The translations under genes and the position numbers were made by a program. A stretch of DNA of 63,718 nucleotides, filler included, from Olpidium bornovanus S191 (lineage: Eukaryota; Fungi; Olpidiomycota), in the NCBI GenBank assembly GCA_017911155.1. It is 31 parts of 31 records of this genome, joined end to end, with 100 filler letters (N's around TTAATTAATTAA, not from the genome) between each part and the next. Parts side by side here need not be neighbours in the genome. Positions count along the whole stretch, not along the records: positions 21,725 to 23,652 come from JAEFCI010001224.1; positions 23,753 to 25,208 come from JAEFCI010013238.1; positions 25,309 to 31,255 come from JAEFCI010008750.1; positions 31,356 to 34,079 come from JAEFCI010012422.1; positions 34,180 to 35,772 come from JAEFCI010000595.1; 26 more parts are not named here. The stretch is one strand, 5' to 3'. Positions 22,398 through 35,231 of the stretch are shown here, piece by piece. Under the pieces are notes generated by a model. That model made no database searches. It saw only the letters and a program-made list of their open reading frames with translations, and was not told the DNA's origin. The first letter of the stretch is position 1. Every line of letters begins with the position of its first letter.

Positions 22398-23752
22398 CCC
22401 CCCCTTTTCCTTTTTTTTCCCCCCCCCCCCCCCCCTCGTCCTCCCCGCCCTCGCGCCGCACGCGCACCTCCGCTCTCACGCCCGGATCGCATGCCGCAAC
22501 CGCAGCCCGATTCAGACCGCAGCAGGCCGCTCCCGCGGCAGGCGACGACGACGACAGCGACGCCGCCGCCGCCGCGGCGGCGGATAAAGAGAGGGTCGTC
22601 GGGTGAGGTTGGCTGCGCCGCGAAGCGGGGGGCGAGATAGGGGAAGGGGGGGGGGGGGGGGGGGGGGGGGGGAAGGAAGCGAATTTTTAGGGCCAGAGCC
22701 TCTCACCATCCCCCCAACCCCCCCGAACTCTCCCACTTTCCCCCCGGCCTTTTGGTCTCCCGTGCCGCCTCCCGACAGGAGGGAGGAGAGGAGGGGGGGA
22801 AGATGGCGCAACGGGCCGCGGGGCGGCAGAACGGCTTTCTGACCCCCCCCGCCCTCCCCCTCCCTCCCTCCCCCCTTCCTCACCACGTTCTCCTGGAGAT
22901 TCAAGAGAGCGTCCGTGGTAGCTTTATTTTTTCTTTGCCCTGTTTTCGCCTGTAGCTAACCTGTGTTGGCGGACTATTTTTTTTTTGACCGGCCCCTCCC
23001 CTCCCCCTCGGCCTGACACTTTGCGCCGCATCGAGACGACGAAAGCGGAGCACGACAAAATCGGAACGAGGTTCCTCAAAAGTGAACGCCGCGATTTTTT
23101 TTGATTGTTTTTTTCTCGTGTTCCCCGGCCAATGCCCCCCACCATCACCCGTGCCCCGCGGCGGGTGTTCTGGGCGGGAGAAGAGGGGATGATGGGGGAA
23201 CGCCAGGTTCGGCCGGCCGATCACTTTATCCCCCCCTCCCACCTCCCCCCCGCCACTTGTCGGCCGTGTACATCAACAACTTCATGGTTTCGACGACCAG
23301 CAAGCGCAAGGGAACAAAAAACCAAGGGATCTGTTCCCTGCTGGAGAAATGGTTCGACTCGCACGGCTGAACTCCGGGTGCCGGTCGCGGAGATACGAAA
23401 CAGCGGGCCACCACGTTGCGCTACGCGCGCACACTCCGCCACCCCTTATTTACCCCGGGGAATCACCGGGGACAAAAGCAAGACCTAATATTATTATTAT
23501 AATTTTTATAGGTCACAAAATATTATGTTATCATGTACCTTGTCCAGGTAATTTCCCTACCTGAAAAAAAGCCTCGTAAAAGGGGAAGTACCCCACCCGG
23601 CAGTTTATTTCGTATAGGTTGCTTCTTACAACGGGTCGGTCTCGATTCAGCANNNNNNNNNNNNNNNNNNNNNNNNNNNNNNNNNNNNNNNNNNNNTTAA
23701 TTAATTAANNNNNNNNNNNNNNNNNNNNNNNNNNNNNNNNNNNNNNNNNNNN

Positions 23753-24870
23753 CCATGCAGGTGAAGTCCTTGTGATAGGCCACCTTGTCAAATACGTCCA
23801 AGGCCACGCCATCGTTCCTGTTGACCGTTGCTGTGCATCCCCAGACAACAACGTTGGAGTCACCGTTGAAAATCCCAAAATGGTCCCACACGCGGCGGTA
23901 CATCAGAGTAATAGCGTGGTGTGCCTGAAAGCGCAAAAATGCCGTCAAGCAAGCTGAAGCTTTCCGGATGATCCTCAATTATCCTCGCTGCGGAGGACGG
24001 CGGGCACACCTCGTCCACAATGATTAGTTTGAACCTCCTCGGATCAAATTTCTCGAGACGCCGCGAGGACCTCCGACCCAGAGTGTACACAGAAGCAAAA
24101 GTGACATCAGCTGATCCGGATGCCCGGAAGCCGCCTTGCTCTACTTCTAAAGACTAGAAAACCAAACCGCGAGTCAACAACGTTTTGGGCCTGCGGCGCG
24201 TCCGTCAACCAAACAGCGCACAAAAACACTGCCAATTCGAGAAACTGTACCAGATGCGGCAAATGCTGTTTCACGGTCTCCATGGCCTGTGCCAAGAGCT
24301 CTTCGCGGTGCGCGATAACCAGGACCTGATTTGCCCTTGGTGCTCGGGGCTGCAGGCGGCTCATGAATTCCGCCATGATCACCTGAAGGACGTCCGCGTG
24401 GGTGAAATTGTTACAACTCTTATGCAAACGGGGGAAAGGGTGGGAGAAACGGGCGCCACGGGAAAAAACGAGCTCACCGTCTTCCCCGTGCCCACCGGCA
24501 GCGACACGACTTGTCGGGTGTGGCCCTTTTCGACCAAATCCAAACACTCGTCGACGCACTCCTTCTGGTACGGACGCAGAACAAATTCGCCGACGCGGCC
24601 GCCGGGCGCCGCTCCGCGGCCGAAATCCAAGACGCACGGGGTCAAAGCGTCTCTGAATCTCTCTGCGGTCGCGTGGAACAGCGCAACGAACGTCGGCACC
24701 CGGAGCGGTGGACGCCCGCCGTCGCGCGCGAGGCCAAACACAACGGGACGGGCGATCACGGGCGAACCGTCGAAAGCGATCAACGCTGGTGCGCTGCAGC
24801 ACAGAGGAGACCGCCGACGAACGATGCTGTGCAACCAACTTCGAGGCCGCAGCCACAACACCGCTCTCAT
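23753..24870 (-). CDS. IRC3: Mitochondrial DExH-box helicase Irc3-like (5' part)
   Basis: Basic N-terminus; LRPYQKECV..VVSLPVGTGKT | VLVIAHREELLAQA | DVTFASVYTLGR..FKLIIVDE | AHHA..VWGCTATVNRNDG. Confidence 0.88.
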
Positions 24871-25092
24871 CCTCTCTACGCTTGAGGCGCGGGGGGTTAT
24901 TTCGCTTGATGCGCGACACGCGCGCGCGCGGACTGTGCGACAAGGGCGGGGAGGGAAAGGGAAGAAGGGGTGTCGCGACGGGCCACGCGGCGATCGTCGC
25001 GTGGGTTTGCGCCGCGTTGGGGGTTTTTTTTTTTGTCTTCTCCTTTGCGCTGAACGGTAAATCCGATCTCAGCCGCGGGGCGGGTTTGCCTC

Positions 25093-25141
<49 letters not shown>

Positions 25142-25354
25142 CGTCGTTCTCCCCCCCCCCTCTCACGCCGGCGAAGCCAAAAAAAAAAAAAAAAAACGCG
25201 TTTCCGGCNNNNNNNNNNNNNNNNNNNNNNNNNNNNNNNNNNNNNNNNNNNNTTAATTAATTAANNNNNNNNNNNNNNNNNNNNNNNNNNNNNNNNNNNN
25301 NNNNNNNNGAAAGGCCCCGCCCCCCCCCCTCCCCCCCCCCTTTTCCCCCCCCCC

Positions 25355-25408
<54 letters not shown>

Positions 25409-25480
25409 ACCGGAAAGAACGGAAAAAAAAAAAAAAAAGAATAAGGAAGAAGAAGAAGAAGAAAAAAAAAAACTTCGGTC

Positions 25481-25594
25481 ATGGTTGTCCTCCAGAGTTC
25501 CGATGACGAGCTTTTCACCGTCAGCAAGGAGGTCGCGGAGCGCTCGGTGCTCATCAAGAACATGATCGAAGGTGCGGCTTGCGGCGCGCCGAAA

Positions 25595-25676
<82 letters not shown>

Positions 25677-26950
25677 CCGCCCGCCCCCCCCCCCCCCCCC
25701 CCCCCGCCCCGTACCTCTTTCGGCACCGTGCGTTCTTGCCTTCGCCATCCCGCTCGTGCGAGGCGTCCGCCCTTCGGCCCCGCCACACGCACACACCCTT
25801 CGCCCCCCACCGGCCCCCTCCCCTCCGCCTGCTCGGCGCGGCTGCAGCGGTAGCTGCTCAAAGATTGGATCGCTGCGCAGGGGTGGCCGGTCACTCGGCG
25901 GGCTGCCGCGCGTTTCTCCACCCCGCGAAACCGGCTGTCCGCGAGCTCTCTGCGCCCCTCTTGCCAATCCTCGCCTCCCTCCGCTCCGCCGTCTTCTCTC
26001 ACCCTCTTGCCCGCAGATGTCGGCGAGTCGGATGAGTCTCCTATTCCTCTGCCGAACGTGAACTCCCAGGTGCTCAAGAAGGTGAGCAAGGATGTCCCGT
26101 TGGGGGAACGTGCGGCCTCTGGCGCGACTTGCCCCGTAACCACCTTGCCTGGGAAATGGTTGCGGCCCGCCCTGTGGCCCGCGTCTGGGGCAAACGCGCA
26201 ACAACCCAGGTTATCGAGTACTGTGAGCACCACAAGTCCGACCCTATGCCTACCGGCGAGAGCGAGGAGGAGAGCGGCCGCAGGCGGTCCGACGACATTG
26301 AAGAGTGGGACCAAAACTTTATGAAGGTTGAACAAGAAATGTTGTTCGAGATCATCCTGGTACGCCGGGTTGCGGAGTTTTCAGAAGGGCTTTTTTTTTG
26401 TTTCGGTTGCAGGAGCTCTTCTTTTTTTTTGCGCGGTCTTTCCGTACGGTGCCGAAGGGCGTTTTTGAAGTTATGGGTGGTCTTCAAGGAAGCTGCGTGA
26501 CGCACTCTGGCCTGGTTCCGCCATTACAATCTGTAGGCCGCAAATTACCTCGACATTAAGCCCCTTTTGGATGTCGGTTGCAAGACCGTCGCAAATATCA
26601 TCAAGGGCAAGGTATATGATGGAAGCGGTTCCTTCCCGCCGGTGTGCGCCCAAGTGACTGGCAACCGAGATGCGCGCTGAACCTGTTGGTTGCATATTAA
26701 CAACTGGTAGACCCCGGAGGAGATCCGCAAAACCTTCAACATCCAAAACGATTTCACGCCGGAGGAGGAGGAGCAGATCCGTAAGGTAAGGGCAATTTTT
26801 GGTGTTTCTAGGTGTTGCCGATGCGCCGGGTCCTACAACGCGTCCGTCTCGGCGAGCCGCGGGCTATCCTTTGCGGCTCACACGTCCTTTTGCCCAAACG
26901 TCGCTGCTCCCCGGTCCATCTAGGAGAACGAATGGGCGGAAGATCGATAA
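25481..26950 (+). CDS. SKP1: S-phase kinase-associated protein 1 (complete, 6 exons)
   Basis: [17 protein letters not shown] | [15 protein letters not shown] | [16 protein letters not shown] | [25 protein letters not shown] | [14 protein letters not shown] | ENEWAEDR*. All junctions are GT-AG. Confidence 0.98.
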
Positions 26951-28539
26951 AAGCAGCTGTGCTGTGTGTTTTCCTTCCTTTTCGCCGTTGCCCTTTGTGT
27001 TTCATCAGGTTCCTGGAATTTTTCCTCACCGTTACTCGACTCTCCTTTTTCCGCGAGTGATCGGGTGTGCGGAGATCTTTCGCTTGCATGTTAGAAAATC
27101 GCGGTCGGCGAAGTACTTGGGCCCGCCGTCTCGCCGACTATTTTTGTTGCTTCCCTTGCTCCTCTCTCAATTACCGCTCTTCGAGGCCATGGGATATAGT
27201 TTAGCAGGTGCGTCCAAATATCTGATATGCCGCTCTGGGATTTTGGGGGGATTTCGCTCTTGGAAGCGATGTTGGGAGGCTTTGTCACGGAGCCGGAAAA
27301 ATGAGGAAAAAGAGTTTAGCGGAGAGCATTGCGGTTATGTAAATAAAGTCTGCAGGGCAATTAAAATTGTTCTTTATCCTTGGGCCTTGTTGGAGCCCCA
27401 GTGTGGCGAGCATCAGTTGCCTGTACTATCACTGTCCCAACTTGCAGGCCCTCACATAAGCTCCTAGAGGTGGCGGGCACCCACCCTAAGGCCATCGAAA
27501 GACGGTTTATTTCAAACGCCTCTGTCCCATTGGGAGACTTTTTGGTCCTTCCAACGCATTTCCCTCGTGTGCATTGGCCTGACGCCAGCCGTTGATACCC
27601 CCCATGTGGCATAAAAGGAAAACACATGGTCGGAAATATTTGGAGTCCCTTACTGAATGGCTTAAGCACGCGGTGGAGCGTAAAGCACGTCATTGTCCCC
27701 GACATACGGAGCACTTGAGTCCACGAGCGCTTTTTTATAAGGGCCGGAAACTCAGCCATTTCTTCAACCTCGGTGGGGGAGGAGGAGCGAGAAGGGGGAA
27801 ACTTGAAGATAATAGTAGTAGGACCCAATGAGGAGCCAGCAGTTGGTCGAAAGTCCTCATTGTTCTCGAAAAGATAGATCAAAAGCTTGATTTTCCGGGT
27901 GGGAAGCTGGGAGGGTTTGAAGGGCGACAAGGCCACGCACCACCCACCAAAAACGCGACGGGTGATTTTTTATACCGCTGTTCGCAGAACTGAGAGATTC
28001 CGCCGATCTCCCGCAATTTCCGCATCTCGTTCTTCGCGGCCGCCTGCGGGTGCGCCGTTGTGGCCTGTGCGGGTCGGAAGCGCGGGAGAGCTCGGACCCG
28101 CGAACCTTTTCGTGTACGTATGCGGTGCGGTTGAGGGGGAAGGGGGGGCGGGGGCGGGAGGAGGGGCGGGAGGAGGGGTGGAAGAAGGGTGTGCGTCCCC
28201 GCGTACAGGACGCGCCGTGCGTTTAGAAAGCGATGGGCGGGTTTTCCTGCTACATCAGGGCCGCCGGAGTGTTGGGGACAAACAAGTTGTCGCTTTTCGT
28301 CCGCCTCATCTTGGGGTCCGAATCGAGTTGACGGGGCGTTCCCGGCGGGGAGAGTTCCCGCGTTTCCATCTTCGACAGAGCAAACGATCTCGTCTGCCAT
28401 GTCCCAAACAAAAGAAGATACCGCGCGACCCCGCGAGGTGAGCGCCCTGCGTCTCTCTCAGAAGCCGCCCTTCTCTCCCCTCTTCCTCGACGCGCGAAAA
28501 CCGCAAAGACCCCGGGACGCCCGCCGCCGTCTCCGGGGC

Positions 28540-30885
28540 CGACTGACCTCCAAACGCCGTGCTTCTCGGATGGACAACGGACGGAGCTCGAAGCTGCGAT
28601 GCGTCCTCGCCGCCACGTCGCGCAGTTCGAAGTAATATTTAGCGTACACAGACGCCTTGATGCTCACGTCGTGGTGGATGGCGCATATATACCATCTTTC
28701 TAGCTTGTTCCTAAGTTTAAGTAGGCAAAGAGCGCCGAAGAGCGGCACAGGGGAACGTGTTTTGGGCCCGGGGGCCCCGCCATGTCAGCGCGCCGGGAAC
28801 CTGCTGTTATTTATGGGGGAAAAAGAAAAATGCAGAAAAAAAACAACGGGTGGGTAAATCTTACATGTCGCTGACTTTGACCGCCGGGAAAATCTTGCAG
28901 AAGTCCGCGTTCCAAACCGCCTGGTCGTCCCAGACCTTGCAGGCCAGCAGCAATCCGCCCAACAGGACCCTGGTCCAGTTGCAGGCGTGCAGTGTGATGT
29001 CCGTATAAGCGAGCAAGCGCTCGATATATACCTGTCGTACGTGCCTGTTGGTAGGCGCCCCTCCCCGCATTGCAGGAGGCCGCAGTGTCTGTTGAATCAG
29101 ATGAAAGCACTTACCAGAGTGATGATGGCCACTTCGGCGTTGAGCTTGTCAGCGAATACGACCGAACCGGAGATGTCAGCATCGAAGCACGTCGAGCGCC
29201 CCGAATCGGCGGGAAGCACTACTGGAGGACCGACTCACCGACGCTGCCTCAAAGAGGCTTTCTAGGAAGTTGAAGATCTCCTGTTCGGTCGGTTGTCGGT
29301 CGGGATACGAGATTGCCCGGTCTGCCTGCGGACGCCGCAAAATCCGGAGACTCAGTCCGTGGCGCGTTGCCGCGCGAACCCGCCCCGGGTCCTTTCAACG
29401 GCCATACGCAGGCAAATTGCACCCACCAGAAGCGGGAAGAGCTGTTCCGAAAATATGTCGTCCGTTTCGAGCAGACCCAACTCGTGATTACAGTTGATCG
29501 TAGCCAACAGAGCCAAGGAAATGCTGGTTGAAAAACGACGTTAGGGGAATCTCCGGCGCCGTCGTCGACGCTACGACGGAGCCTGAGAACCTGACGTGCC
29601 CATCTCCACCCACCAATGGAGCGTCGTGTTCAGGTCGCCCTTGCTCAAGGTGCTGTCGACGAACAGAGTGGAACAAGAGTTGCACTTGACCATCGATTTT
29701 GCCCTCGCGGTCCGAAAATTTGGGAGCTCGCCGATCGCCGCCGTGTCCAGCGGCGGCGGGTCCCACGCCGACGTCGAGAGGTGCGCGACGGTGCCGGTTT
29801 CGGGAAGCGCGGCGCCGGCGTCGGAAAAGTTCCCTGCTCCCGAGCCGCCAGTCCGAGATACGTTGCTGCTTCTCCTGGATGGTTCTGTCATGGTCTCGCG
29901 GGCGCCGCTGGACGAATCTGAGCCGACGGTCTTACTCGAATTCCTGTCTGAACCGTTTCTCCAATCCTGGGGCGTCCCCGCCGAGATGGACATCCTTGAC
30001 CGACCCTTTTGCTCCTTGACCGCCGCCGAGAACAGCACCGTCTTCGCGGCGGCCGAGATTTGTTTTGCGTCTGAGGTGGGTTCGCGTGCGTCCGTTCGTG
30101 TTAGAGCGCCCAATGGCTCCAGGATGAATCAGCTGAGGGTGCTTCCAGCACCTCCCCGGACATTTTTTTTCCAAACTTTTATTTTTTTTTTGTCTTTTTC
30201 GGCGCTCACCTTGTCTGTCCATTATGTGAGCTAGTGAGTCCACCCTGGAAAGACTGGGTCGGTGGCCCGCAAACAACCGGAAGTCGAGCTCGCTTACAGC
30301 TTGTCGCGCGTCCTCCGATGGCGCCTGCCCTGGCGCACGCGGTGCCACCGCTCCGACCGGGCGCGGCGGCTGGCGGATGGCATTCCTAGGCGGGGCGTGT
30401 GTCTGGTCGACCACCACCTCCAAGCCGCTTTCGCTGAACCCCCTTTGCGCGAAGGGCCGATCGCATGCGGACCCCGTTTTGGGATAGGTATAATTCCGGG
30501 CCCCGGCGATGCCTTCGGAATAGGAGGCGGCCGGCCTGATCGCCGGGGGCGGGTCGTTCTTGGCCGGCTGATGGTCCGCGGCTTGATGCAGGCTACTCCG
30601 CGGGACGAGCTGGTTCGCCGTGTTGTACCGCGGGTGCGGCTGCTGCCGGCAGTTGGGTTGCTGGTGCTGGCGGGAGTTCGTCCCTAACACCTCATGGGAG
30701 CGCGCGTGCGGAGGTCTGTAGACGCCCGTGCTGCCGTCGTACCTGCTTCGGTCGGCACGACCGCCGCGGTAGTGCGCCGGCGCATCATTACGCACCGGGA
30801 GGACGCCCGCCGTCACACTCGATGCCGCCCGAAGCTGCCTCCCGCCGTGAGCGCCATCCTGCGAGGACGAGGCGTTGTTGCCCAT
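28540..30885 (-). CDS. CCNY: Cyclin Y-like protein (multi-exon; exact 3' end unresolved)
   Basis: N-terminus MGNNASS; LAHIMDR; CNSCSTLFVDSTLSK; YIERLLAY..NWTRVLLGGLLLACKVWDDQAVWNADFC; LERWY..SVYAKYYFELR. All closely match cyclin Y. Confidence 0.9.
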
Positions 30886-32169
30886 TTGCGCTGCCGGCCG
30901 CCCAGGGCGGCTGTGGAGCGCCGCGGGGGGTTTCTTTCGCCTGCCGGATGCCCTCCGGACGTCTTCGGCGGGCCGATCGCCGGAGGGGCGGCTGTCGCAC
31001 GGCGAACGAGGCGGGGGGGAAGCTGCGGCGTGTTCGGAACGGTGGGCGAAAAGCAGATCAGAGCGGGAGGAGGAACGGGGGGCGAAGCACCGGAGCCGCC
31101 GGGAACCGCCCGCCGGCCATTCTCCTCCTGGCGGCGCGGCCGAACGCAAACCTCGCGGAGCGTGCGGCGGCCTGCCGGGTGCGAAGAGCCGAGGAGGGGG
31201 TGGGGGGGGGGGGGGGGGGGCCCCGGGGGGGGGGGGGGGGGGGGGGGGGGAAAAANNNNNNNNNNNNNNNNNNNNNNNNNNNNNNNNNNNNNNNNNNNNT
31301 TAATTAATTAANNNNNNNNNNNNNNNNNNNNNNNNNNNNNNNNNNNNNNNNNNNNCATGCTCAACGGTGTGCCGGACGTTTGGGTAAGCGAGTGATTCAC
31401 GCGCTTTACTTACCCGGTGTAAAAGGTTTCAAAGGGTAAATGACATATACGTCTGTTTTTGCCAGCCTTCTGGGGGACAGACGCCTAGATCATTACAGAC
31501 TTTCCTCTGGGAGTTTCCTGGAGACGAAGCTCTCCACGTGAGCAATTCGTTTTCTGTGGGACACAGCGCGCGATTGATGCGGTTGATTGCGAACGAGCTC
31601 CCGAACGCTTGGGAAACGCTCGTCCACTGATCTCGCGTCTGTCGACGATTCTGTCTGTTCCAGCCTCTCGAACCGCTGGGCACCTTTGGGCTCCTGAACG
31701 AGGCGTCGGTGGCTTTCATTAACGTAGGCGTAAAAAGGGGAGGTTGGGGTGGGGAGGGGGGAAGTCTTACTATGCATCACGGTTTGTCGCGTTTCGCGCA
31801 GTGTTGTTCTGCGTGATCCATATACGAGGAAACCATTTCCAATCGGGTAATTCTGACGTTCGGTTCTCGACCCCACCCCGCACCCCGCAGGCAATGGTAA
31901 CGGGGCAGTCAATTTTCGCGGCCCGTTCTGCGATCCCAGCGGGGCCCGGCGTCGCCGCCAGCCAAGTGGCCGCAAAAACTATCGCGGAGCAGGGTCCGAG
32001 GCCGGCAGCGATGTCTCAAAACGTGAGCCCGAAACGTCCTTCCCCCTCCTTTATTTCGTCGCCTTAACGCCTCCCGCCCGAAGAGGAAGCGCGCGCGGCC
32101 AGCTGATTTATTTTCTTTTTTTCTTTTTGCGCCGCCGCTCGAAAATTCTCCGCCTGCCAATTGGCGGAA

Positions 32170-32365
32170 CAAGTCGAGGAAGCGCCAGCGGGAGCCTGAG
32201 GACTCGGCAACCAAGGGGCGTAAGGTGTACGTCAAGCAGGCGTGCACGACGTGCAAAGCGTCCCACGTTGCTTGCGACGCGGACAGGCCGTGCCAGCGGT
32301 GCGTAAGGTTGGGCAGGGCAGAAACGTGCACCAACGCCGAGAGGAAGAAGCGCGGAAGGCCATCC
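32170..32365 (+). CDS. Zn(II)2Cys6 binuclear cluster transcription factor exon
   Basis: VKQACTTCKASHVACDADRPCQRCVRLGRAETCTNAERKKRGRP has six correctly spaced cysteines. Confidence 0.9.
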
Positions 32366-32706
32366 CAAGGATGACCCTTATTGTTTTTCTATTACGTTTC
32401 TTTTTTAGGTTTTCTCTTTATCTTTTTTTTCACATTTTTTGCCTTTTTCACTTGCCGCGTTTCCAAGTAGCATCCTGTTTTCCACAAACATTATACTGCT
32501 TCGTGCGCCGGATCATTTCGTTCGACGTCGATGATCTCGTGATGACTTCTCGCCCTCTCAGCATTTCTTTCCACATAATTTTTTCTTGGTGAATGATCAT
32601 CTCTTTGTCTGTCCTGCCCGTCATCTTATACAATGTCATCTCCGTCATCGCTTAAAGCGCTGGTAAGGTGCTTGGACATCGGTTACTCGTCGGGATATTG
32701 CCACAT

Positions 32707-34079
32707 TGTCGATTGGCGCAATAGTTGGAACCCCTGAATGTTCTAGGTAGTAACCCTTTCCGCGCCCTGCTACGAATTTTTTCTCTCATTGTCCGAAGTA
32801 CAAACGCGGCAGTCTTCGATAGGTTATGAGCACAACGGCCTACCCTGGCCCCGACCGTGACCTCTGACCTTCCTCTCCAAACTCCTTCGAGAATCCGCGC
32901 CCTCCTGTCACCAGCCCGTTGGCGCGAGTTGCGCCGTGAAGAAGAAGCCGAAGGGCCGCGCAAACCCACGTAGAACTCACATCTGCACCCGCGTCGGTCG
33001 TGGGAAGAGGCAAGGAAACTCCGCGCCATCCGTTGGCGCGAGCCACTGGAGAAACAGGGGGAGATGTCCGTCCACGCCATTACTGCACCGTCCGTCGGCG
33101 CACCACCGCGAAGAACGCGTTTCACCTCGACGAGCCGTTCGTCGATCCCGAGCCGTTCGCGCCACGCGACTCGCTCCACACCAGAAGAAGATTATGCTAA
33201 TACCCGCCTTGCCCTCGCTGCCCTTTGCGAAGGAAGCGGGGCCGCCGGTAAGCACTCTTCCGTGACGCATTTCTTTTGCCAAACCCGGCCTAAACGAAAA
33301 GCCAATCTGAATATTCACCGCTGTATCCAGGTCACTTTTTTCGATGGAACACTGGTGCGTCCGACAGTTCGATCGTGGATCTACCAGAAAACCAAAAAAA
33401 CGTCAATGACACGACTCGGCGACTTCCGCACTTCGCGGGGCAAGGCTGACGGTCACCCCGCCTGACGAGAATAACTGGGCCTCGTAAAAAGCGATCATGA
33501 AAGCGGTCCTCACGCGAGGAGGAAAATGGATCATTGTCAGCGTGCCTGAACCTCGTCCGACGACGGGAAGAGCCCTGTTTAATTGGGCCCGCCGTGACGG
33601 AGAGATTTCTGGTGAAATATACTTACACGTATCCGATTTCTACAAGCATATCCTTAATGGACTGGAGTCCGAATCTGCCATGGAGGCATGGGAAGCCCCC
33701 CATGCACATTTTGAAGATGTCGGCAGCGGAGCCCGACTACACCTCAATGCCTCGCTCTACTCATCCAAAATGAATCCCGCCGAGTCCTTCATCCATTTTG
33801 TCCTTCGCATCAAGGACTTGGGTACTCAACTTGCCAACCTTAGCGAGGACAACACGAAGGATTGGGAACGGAAGGCGCGCGACGTTGTAGCGAGAAAAAC
33901 AAAGAGGACGAGGACAAAAAGTAGAGAAAGCCAAAAGCGGGTTGTAGAATTCCAGGATACTACGGTAGACGAGGCAGTCCTCGCTAGCTATGAGTACCCG
34001 TACTCACGCAGTAGGCTGGTATTCTTCAAGAGAGCACTCATACCACGCACTCACCCAAAACAACGCCGCGGCCGACGCC
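32707..34079 (+). mobile_element. Copia 5' end: 115-bp LTR, PBS, leader and decayed gag
   Basis: TGTCGA(32707)...TCGATA(32821), then GGTTATGAGC. Gag DENNWAS*KAIMKAVL..KW..WARRDGE..IYLHVSD..EAWE..RLHLNASLYSSKMNPAES..FVLRIKDLGTQLANL (copia gag pattern). Confidence 0.8.
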
Positions 34080-34179
34080 NNNNNNNNNNNNNNNNNNNNN
34101 NNNNNNNNNNNNNNNNNNNNNNNTTAATTAATTAANNNNNNNNNNNNNNNNNNNNNNNNNNNNNNNNNNNNNNNNNNNN

Positions 34180-35103
34180 CATGGTTATTGGGTGCCAATC
34201 CTGGCGAATCCGGACATCGTGGAGCACTACTCAGAGAACGTCGTGGACACGCTGCACAAGAAGAACCTCCTGTTGCTGGGAGAGGATCGGTACCTGTCGA
34301 CGCTAATGCTTCGGACGTTCCCGAAGCGGAAGATGATGTTTGTCCCGCAGGCCGTCTGCAAGACGCTGGTCCCGGACACTTTTGCCGTCCTTTTGTCGCA
34401 GCGGCGCCGGTGGATCAACTCCACAGTACACAACCTCTTTGAGCTGGTGCTTGTACGGGACCTGTGCGGGACTTTCTGCTTTTCGATGCAATTTGTGATC
34501 TTCGCCGAGCTGGTCGGCACGCTGGTTCTGCCCGCGGCCATCACCTTTACGTTCTACCTCGTCATGGTGTCCATAATCCCGTCGGACCAGCCGACACCCG
34601 TGATCCCGCTCCTGCTGCTTGCGGCCGTGCTGGGGCTGCCGGCGGTGTTGATCCTGATGACGACCCGGAAGATCGTGTACGTCTTCTGGATGTTCGTGTA
34701 CCTGCTCTCGCTCCCCATATGGAACTTCGTGCTGCCCGTCTACGCGTACTGGCACTTCGACGACTTCTCGTGGGGGCAAACGCGCATGGTCGCCGGCGAG
34801 CAGGCGGGCCACGACCACAGCAAAAAGGAGGGCGAATTCGACAGCAGCAAGATCGTCATGAAGCGGTGGTGCGAGTTCGAGCGCGAAAAGCGCCGGCGGA
34901 CGCTGTCGACCGCGTTCGTCACCGGGTCGGGCGGGTACGCGAACGCGTCGCCGTCACCGCCGCCGCCGCTGCCGCCGGGGGTATCGTCGCCGCATTTTGT
35001 CGGGACCGGGTACGCCAATTCCCTCTACGGTCACCATCACCGGAACAGCTCGGCTTCCAGTTTCGGTTTTCCTCCCCCCGGTGGAAGTCCGCACATGCAT
35101 TGA
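34180..35103 (+). CDS. Chitin synthase, division 2 (class IV/V-like), C-terminal exon
   Basis: [58 protein letters not shown]; stop at 35103. Confidence 0.97.
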   Translation, partial: HGYWVPILANPDIVEHYSENVVDTLHKKNLLLLGEDRYLSTLMLRTFPKRKMMFVPQAVCKTLVPDTFAVLLSQRRRWINSTVHNLFELVLVRDLCGTFCFSMQFVIFAELVGTLVLPAAITFTFYLVMVSIIPSDQPTPVIPLLLLAAVLGLPAVLILMTTRKIVYVFWMFVYLLSLPIWNFVLPVYAYWHFDDFSWGQTRMVAGEQAGHDHSKKEGEFDSSKIVMKRWCEFEREKRRRTLSTAFVTGSGGYANASPSPPPPLPPGVSSPHFVGTGYANSLYGHHHRNSSASSFGFPPPGGSPHMH

Positions 35104-35186
35104 GGTGTGAAGACTTTGTTTTTTATTTTCTGTCTCTCTTTTCACTGTGTCTCACTCTCTCACTTTTTTTATATCTCTATGTGTGT

Positions 35187-35231
<45 letters not shown>

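Noticed and set aside
33480-33500. RIP-like hypermutation of TEs (TGG to TAA in gag, LTR end CA to TA)
   Set aside because: Two events are anecdotal, and other TE lesions are indels or transversions. Copy alignments would be needed.
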